A stretch of DNA of 64,000 nucleotides, taken from NCBI GenBank assembly GCA_041666745.1, contig JBAYGI010000005.1, positions 7,748 through 71,747 on the forward strand, in the 5' to 3' direction. A program made the position numbers and the translations under genes. Within the stretch, counting starts at the first letter, position 1; every line of letters starts with the position of its first letter. This DNA comes from Candidatus Magasanikiibacteriota bacterium (GTDB taxonomy: Bacteria; Patescibacteriota; Patescibacteriia; Magasanikbacterales; GWA2-37-8). Below, one piece after another: positions 59,354-64,000 of this stretch. Under the pieces are notes generated by a model. That model was given only the letters and a program-made list of their open reading frames with translations. It was not told where the DNA came from and did no database searches.

Positions 59354-59923
59354 TTATTTTATCGTCTGAACTTCATGTAAAAGTACATTTTCTACATATA
59401 TACCACGGGCATAAAAGATCCGTTCTAATTCGTTTTTTAGCTCCATTTCTACCGCATCACGTTTGGTGCTAGTGATTTCCTGTAAAGCAAATTTGCTAAA
59501 TACCATACGCACCCGACTACGAATGGTTGGACGGATAATCTTGGCTACAAAATCTTCGCCAATCTGTTGCCAAATCGAAGGAATCTGGTGAACATCCAAA
59601 CGCAACAATATTGTCCCCTCTACTGCCACACGTAGACCATCTTGAGTCAAGGCGGCAATTGGAATATCCCCCAAAGCCTTTTCATTTTCAACACCAAACT
59701 GGCGACTGATAGTATATTCCAAAGTTTGAACATTAAACAACTTGGCCTTTTGCCAAAACGGAATTTTGAGATGTAGTCCAGGGGTCAGTACTTTTTTCAA
59801 TACTCCCCGTCCCAGATCATAAACACAGGCCACATAACCGGGTGGAACCGAAATAAAAAACCCCTTCAAAACATCATCCATTACAAATGAATACATCAAT
59901 TTGTCCAAAGAATCTCCAGCCAT
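59354..59923 (-). CDS. SPFH/band-7 domain protein
   Basis: 189 aa. …PGYVACVYDLGRGVLKKVLTPGLHLKIPFWQKAKLFNVQTLEY…, an SPFH core without an obvious TM. Confidence 0.55.
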   Translation of the reverse strand: MAGDSLDKLMYSFVMDDVLKGFFISVPPGYVACVYDLGRGVLKKVLTPGLHLKIPFWQKAKLFNVQTLEYTISRQFGVENEKALGDIPIAALTQDGLRVAVEGTILLRLDVHQIPSIWQQIGEDFVAKIIRPTIRSRVRMVFSKFALQEITSTKRDAVEMELKNELERIFYARGIYVENVLLHEVQTIK

Positions 59924-59933
59924 ATATAAATAA

Positions 59934-60632
59934 TTAGTTTTTACTTTTTCTAAACGGTAAAGTTAATAGATGAATTATATCGGAAAATAGCATAGAAGTC
60001 AAAATAAACAACGACTTCACCATCGGCAATACCCACAAGATACCAAAAGTAAACAAGGGGAAAACAAACAAAAATACCACCTGACTGGATTGCCATTTTT
60101 TCTGACCACGATTTTCCAAAATAATAGAAAAAAATAAATAAATCGCTGTTATACCGGACCAAACCCAATCGTGTAATTTACCAATTTCAAAACCATAAAA
60201 AAGTGTATTTACTTTCCCAGGAAAATCTATCCATGAATACAATATCTTGGCCATTTTTTCACCGGTGATACCACGCACAAATACCTGATAAAGCAAAACC
60301 AACACCAACAACTGAATAAGCAGGGTGAGGGTTTTTGCCCAAGGAGAAATACGATTCTTTTTCATTATTTTGCGAATTTCTTCTTGTTGAGCGACATGAT
60401 CATGGCGAAAAGCTTTGGCGGCCAGCGTAGCTTCGGCTTCGGCTTTTTCTTGTTTGCTACTATTGCTTTCAGAAATAATGGTGAGAGGTAACAAAACAAT
60501 ACGCAAAAAAACAGTCAGCCAAACTACCGCCCAACCCAAATTGTGGTCAGTGAGATTGCTATAAATCCAAATCAAAGCGTTAAACAACGGTATCAGCAGA
60601 TATTGGTTCCAAATTAGTGAGAGTATTGCCAT
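59934..60632 (-). CDS. YidC/Oxa1-family membrane insertase (short form)
   Basis: …GWAVVWLTVFLRIVLLPLTI…, the conserved YidC TM2 LLPLT motif, followed by a charged loop and further TM helices. 232 aa. Confidence 0.5.
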   Translation of the reverse strand: MAILSLIWNQYLLIPLFNALIWIYSNLTDHNLGWAVVWLTVFLRIVLLPLTIISESNSSKQEKAEAEATLAAKAFRHDHVAQQEEIRKIMKKNRISPWAKTLTLLIQLLVLVLLYQVFVRGITGEKMAKILYSWIDFPGKVNTLFYGFEIGKLHDWVWSGITAIYLFFSIILENRGQKKWQSSQVVFLFVFPLFTFGILWVLPMVKSLFILTSMLFSDIIHLLTLPFRKSKN

Positions 60633-60724
60633 AGTTATTAAATATATAATAGCACAAATTCAGTTTATAGGCAACAAAAAAACCGCCCTCCACTAGGGAA
60701 AGACGGTTTTAAAAATTTTGGGCT

Positions 60725-61483
60725 TTAAACTACTCTCGGCTGTTCGCTCTGCACAAACTTCTTGATATCTGAAATAGTGCTCATCATTTGAGCTGGAAAT
60801 ATAATAGTGGAATTTTTCTCAACACTAATCTCTGCCATTGTTTGTAAGTTTCTTAGCTGTAAAGCTATTGGGTGAGCCGCTATAATATCCGCGGCATCAG
60901 CCAATTTTTGAGCAGATAAAAATTCACCTTCGGCGGCGATAATTTTGGCGCGCTTTTCTCGTTCCGCTTCGGCCTGTTTGGCCATTGCTCTTTGCATACT
61001 CTCTGGCAGTTCGATATCTTTTATCTCTACTACTGATACCAAAACTCCCCAAGCTTCAGTATGAGCATCCAACACAGCTGCAATTTCTTTGTTGATAGCT
61101 TCACGTTCACTCAAAATTTCATCCAATTGAAAACGTCCGACAATATTTCGCACTGATGTTTGCGCGATTTGGTTGATTGCTGACATCACATTTTCAATAG
61201 CCACAATACTTTTCACTCCATCGACTACTTTGTAATAGGCTACCGCGGATACATCTACTGACACATTATCCTTGGTAATAATTTTTTGTGGTGAAATTGG
61301 CAAAGTTATAACTCGAAAATCCACTTTGCGAACTTGGTCAATAAATGGAATAACCCAATTTAGACCCGGCTCTTTGGTGGTGATGATCTTTCCCAAACGA
61401 AATACTACTCCTTTTTCGTATTGTTGAATAATACGCAATCCGGCCAAGATTATGGCCACTACTACGGCTATTGCTTGATACAT
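60725..61483 (-). CDS. stomatin-like SPFH/band-7 membrane protein
   Basis: N-terminal TM plus the SPFH domain (…[12 protein letters not shown]…[33 protein letters not shown]…). Confidence 0.75.
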   Translation of the reverse strand: MYQAIAVVVAIILAGLRIIQQYEKGVVFRLGKIITTKEPGLNWVIPFIDQVRKVDFRVITLPISPQKIITKDNVSVDVSAVAYYKVVDGVKSIVAIENVMSAINQIAQTSVRNIVGRFQLDEILSEREAINKEIAAVLDAHTEAWGVLVSVVEIKDIELPESMQRAMAKQAEAEREKRAKIIAAEGEFLSAQKLADAADIIAAHPIALQLRNLQTMAEISVEKNSTIIFPAQMMSTISDIKKFVQSEQPRVV

Positions 61484-61597
61484 AGATGTAGATAAATTAA
61501 ATAACTTAATGATTCTAGCCTACGCCAGAGTGGTTGTTTTGTCAAAGGACACATTGACTAAACCGCTTTTTTCTGGTATAATCGGCTTTTGAAACTA

Positions 61598-61621
61598 GAT
61601 TCCCGCCTTCGCGGGAATGAC
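61598..61621. repeat. palindromic repeat element copy in the 5' leader of the ABC-F gene
   Basis: GATTCCCGCCTTCGCGGGAATGAC, between an extended -10 TGGTATAAT (61573-61581) and the start codon at 61633. Confidence 0.65.
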
Positions 61622-61632
61622 ATGATAAAAAT

Positions 61633-63093
61633 ATGGATCACGGCGATGTCATTGTCCGTTTTGACAATGTAACATTTTATTATGATGAAAATAAAACACT
61701 TTTAGAAGAAGCGAGTTTTTCGGTGCGTGAAAATGCCAAAATTACTATCATGGGACAAAATGGCGCCGGCAAAAGTACAATTTTCAAAATGATTACCGGC
61801 GAACTAAAACCGATAAGTGGCCATGTTCATCTGGGTTTAGGCGCGACTATCGCTATCGCCACCCAAGTAATGAAACAAGAAAATTTGGAAAAAACTATAG
61901 AAGAATTTTTTTCGGCGGCGTTTGATAAAAAAATGTACGATCTACCAAAACGCATCAAAGATGTTTTGGCCGTTGTTCACATGGATGCACCACTCAATAA
62001 AAAAATAAAAAAATATTCAGGTGGACAACAAGCTCGTTTGCTCTTGGCGTACGCGTTGATTCAACAACCGGATATTTTATTACTTGATGAACCGACCAAC
62101 AATTTGGATGTCGATGGTATTTGTCATCTCACAAAATTTTTAATGGAATATCCAAAAACTTGTTTAGTAATTTCCCACGATGCCAATTTTTTAAATGCTT
62201 TTACTGAAGGAATTTTGTATTTAGATTCTTATACCAAAAAAGTAGAACAATACGTTGGCGACTATTATGTAGCGCTCGAAGAAATAGAAGCCCAGATCGA
62301 ACGCGAACGCGCCAAAAATGCTCAACTGCAAAGAAGTATTCAAGATAGAAAAGATAAAATAAATTTCTTTTCCCACAAAGGTGGCAAGATGCGTGCCTTG
62401 GCCAGCAAACTGCGCGATCAGGTGGAAGAAGCCGAAGAAAATATGGTCGAGGAACGTCGAGAAGACAAAACTATTACAGAATTTAATATCCCCACTCAAA
62501 CTGAAATTGTTGGTCCGGTAGTGGAAATAAATTCAGTCGGTGTAATGATCAACTACGAACCGGTACGTAAAAAATTGTTATCCCCGGTTTCTTTACGCAA
62601 AAAACAAAAATTATTAATTAGTGGCCCAAACGGAATCGGAAAAAGCACACTATTGCGAGCGCTGGCCAGCAACAAAGAAGCTGGGGCGACAATCAGCAAA
62701 GATGTGAAAATCGGATATTATCGCCAAGATTTTTCCGGTCTAGATTTTGACAAAACCGGTTATCAGGCATTAGCGGATATGATGGATGATCCTTGGAATC
62801 AAGAAATTTATGCCACGGCCTCTAGATTTTTATTGTCTTCTGATATTTTAAAAAATAAAATCGGTTCATTGTCTGAAGGACAAAAAGGTTTACTTTGTTA
62901 CGCTCAATTTGTTTTGCAAAAACCCGGACTGTTGATCATGGACGAACCTACCAACCACATCAACTTCCGCCACTTGCCAATCATCGCCAAAGCACTGGAT
63001 GAATTTGAGGGGGCGGTAATTTTGGTCAGTCACGCTTATGAATTTGTTGATCAAATCAAAATCGATCAAACTCTAGATCTTAGTTTGTTGTAA
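61633..63093 (+). CDS. ABC-F family ATPase (two ABC domains, no TM)
   Basis: Two Walker A sites (GQNGAGKST; GPNGIGKST) and two signature motifs (SGGQQARL; SEGQKGLL). 486 aa. Confidence 0.85.
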   Translation: MDHGDVIVRFDNVTFYYDENKTLLEEASFSVRENAKITIMGQNGAGKSTIFKMITGELKPISGHVHLGLGATIAIATQVMKQENLEKTIEEFFSAAFDKKMYDLPKRIKDVLAVVHMDAPLNKKIKKYSGGQQARLLLAYALIQQPDILLLDEPTNNLDVDGICHLTKFLMEYPKTCLVISHDANFLNAFTEGILYLDSYTKKVEQYVGDYYVALEEIEAQIERERAKNAQLQRSIQDRKDKINFFSHKGGKMRALASKLRDQVEEAEENMVEERREDKTITEFNIPTQTEIVGPVVEINSVGVMINYEPVRKKLLSPVSLRKKQKLLISGPNGIGKSTLLRALASNKEAGATISKDVKIGYYRQDFSGLDFDKTGYQALADMMDDPWNQEIYATASRFLLSSDILKNKIGSLSEGQKGLLCYAQFVLQKPGLLIMDEPTNHINFRHLPIIAKALDEFEGAVILVSHAYEFVDQIKIDQTLDLSLL

Positions 63094-63163
63094 AATCACA
63101 TCCGGCTTTTACTAAATTCAAAAAAGGTGTTAAAATATAGCCAATAAATTTTAACACCTTTTT

Positions 63164-63643
63164 ATGTTACAAAAAATTCGCGGATTTTTTCTTCGTTTCG
63201 TAGATATAAAAAAATCGCTCAAAATCGCGATCATAATCATCGGGCTGATTGGTTTGACCGACGCCTCATATCTGACCTATACCCATTTCAGCAACAACAA
63301 AATCAATTGCTTTACCGAAACTCAAAAAGTGAATTCCTGCCAGGTGGTAGCCGATAGCGCTTATTCCACTATACTTGGCGTCCCTATTTCTTTGATCGGC
63401 ATGTGTTTTTATTTGGTGGTTATCGCTATTGGAGCAATCAGTTTTCAAAAAGATTTTACTTTTTTGTTAAATCTTTTATTGCCATTTTCAATCATCGCCG
63501 TGTTGTTCAGTATGCGACTTATTTATTTACAAGTTTATATCATTGGCTACATCTGTTATTACTGCCTACTATCCGCCGCTTTATCCTGTACTCTGTTGGG
63601 CATCTCTTGGAAAATTTATAATAAAATCAGTGTTCCAAACTAA
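63164..63643 (+). CDS. VKOR-family (vitamin K epoxide reductase-like) thiol oxidoreductase
   Basis: Four or five TM helices. Loop Cys pair C…C (NCFTETQKVNSC) and TM CxxC (ICYYC). Confidence 0.55.
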   Translation: MLQKIRGFFLRFVDIKKSLKIAIIIIGLIGLTDASYLTYTHFSNNKINCFTETQKVNSCQVVADSAYSTILGVPISLIGMCFYLVVIAIGAISFQKDFTFLLNLLLPFSIIAVLFSMRLIYLQVYIIGYICYYCLLSAALSCTLLGISWKIYNKISVPN

Positions 63644-64000
63644 ACCTTCTTTTGAGCGCACTCGCGCTTGGGAATTTTTTCAGTGATCTTGGAAACAAGT
63701 TTGTATTTTTCGCAATACTCCATTACCGCTTCAAGAAAAATATTACCATATTTGGACAGTTTGATATCTCCAAATCCGGAAATTTTTCGCACTTCTTCCA
63801 TTGTTTGTGGTAAATATGTCGCCAACTCCAACAAGGTAGCATCAGAAAAAATAAGATAGGCCGGCACATTTTCTTTTTGCGCGATATCAATACGCACCAG
63901 TTTGAGTTTGAGAAACAAAGCTTTTTCATAGGGCAGATCAGACAAAGCCACCTCCGCTTTGTCCACCATTTTAACTAGAAAAACTTTTTCTTTTCCCGAA
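63640..64000 (-). CDS. C-terminal HRDC domain of a RecQ-like helicase (gene continues beyond window end)
   Basis: …VPAYLIFSDATLLELATYLPQTMEEVRKISGFGDIKLSKYGNIFLEAV… matches the HRDC domain. The reading frame stays open through the window edge. Confidence 0.5.
   Translation of the reverse strand, partial: SGKEKVFLVKMVDKAEVALSDLPYEKALFLKLKLVRIDIAQKENVPAYLIFSDATLLELATYLPQTMEEVRKISGFGDIKLSKYGNIFLEAVMEYCEKYKLVSKITEKIPKRECAQKKV

Overview
The window is a low-GC (about 35%), gene-dense bacterial segment. All but seven of the CDS calls lie on the minus strand. The style (small core set, large Cys/Thr-rich surface proteins, PilT, no genomically encoded CCA on four of five tRNAs) fits a Patescibacteria/CPR-like or other small low-GC genome, but the lineage cannot be assigned from sequence alone.

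Core content, in order: an ECF sigma factor with a membrane partner, tRNA-Gln, ftsX-ftsE, tRNA-Thr and tRNA-Gly, a parvulin PPIase, an FtsB-like protein, a Mur ligase and tRNA-Lys. Then murG and the rpoD-dnaG pair, with dnaG carrying a 387-aa intein that contains a LAGLIDADG homing endonuclease. Further on are a four-gene MacA/MacB-like ABC export operon, a CCA-adding enzyme, pilT and tRNA-Pro, followed by a NitT/TauT-type ABC importer with a divergent TrmB-like regulator, and then pyrG, rplI, era, ctpA and murA. The 3' third holds RNase H and a heat-shock locus (hrcA with a CIRCE-overlapped promoter, grpE, hsp20, dnaK, dnaJ). After that come SPFH proteins, a YidC-like insertase, an ABC-F ATPase, a VKOR-like protein and the C-terminal end of a RecQ-like helicase.

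Accessory or unusual content:
1. A roughly 1.8-kb island of about 60% GC (about 14990-16790) encodes a membrane protein plus an SPFH lipoprotein with its own terminator. It sits next to an MNT antitoxin and a degraded HEPN toxin gene.
2. An integrated element lies next to tRNA-Pro: a large serine recombinase whose 3' end overlaps the tRNA, a rolling-circle Rep with motifs I, II (HUH) and III (YxxKY), and an iteron-like GC-rich repeat plus a 16-bp inverted repeat.
3. A dispersed family of 24-nt palindromic repeats (GTCATTCCCGCGAAAGCGGGAATC and stem-covarying variants) has at least 10 copies between 54.6 and 61.6 kb. They flank an AT-rich insertion (HD-domain protein, standalone GIY-YIG nuclease, small membrane proteins) between dnaK and hsp20/grpE, and they sit in 5' leaders of dnaK, hsp20 and the ABC-F gene.
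4. A structured GC-rich element immediately downstream of tRNA-Lys is bounded by an inverted copy and an 18-nt direct copy of the tRNA 3' end.
5. A surface-protein cluster (33.3-41.8 kb) combines a 1460-aa Gly/Thr-rich protein, two paralogous secreted proteins and C-terminally anchored proteins.
6. An ECF sigma factor is split by an in-frame TGA.

No CRISPR array and no rRNA were found.
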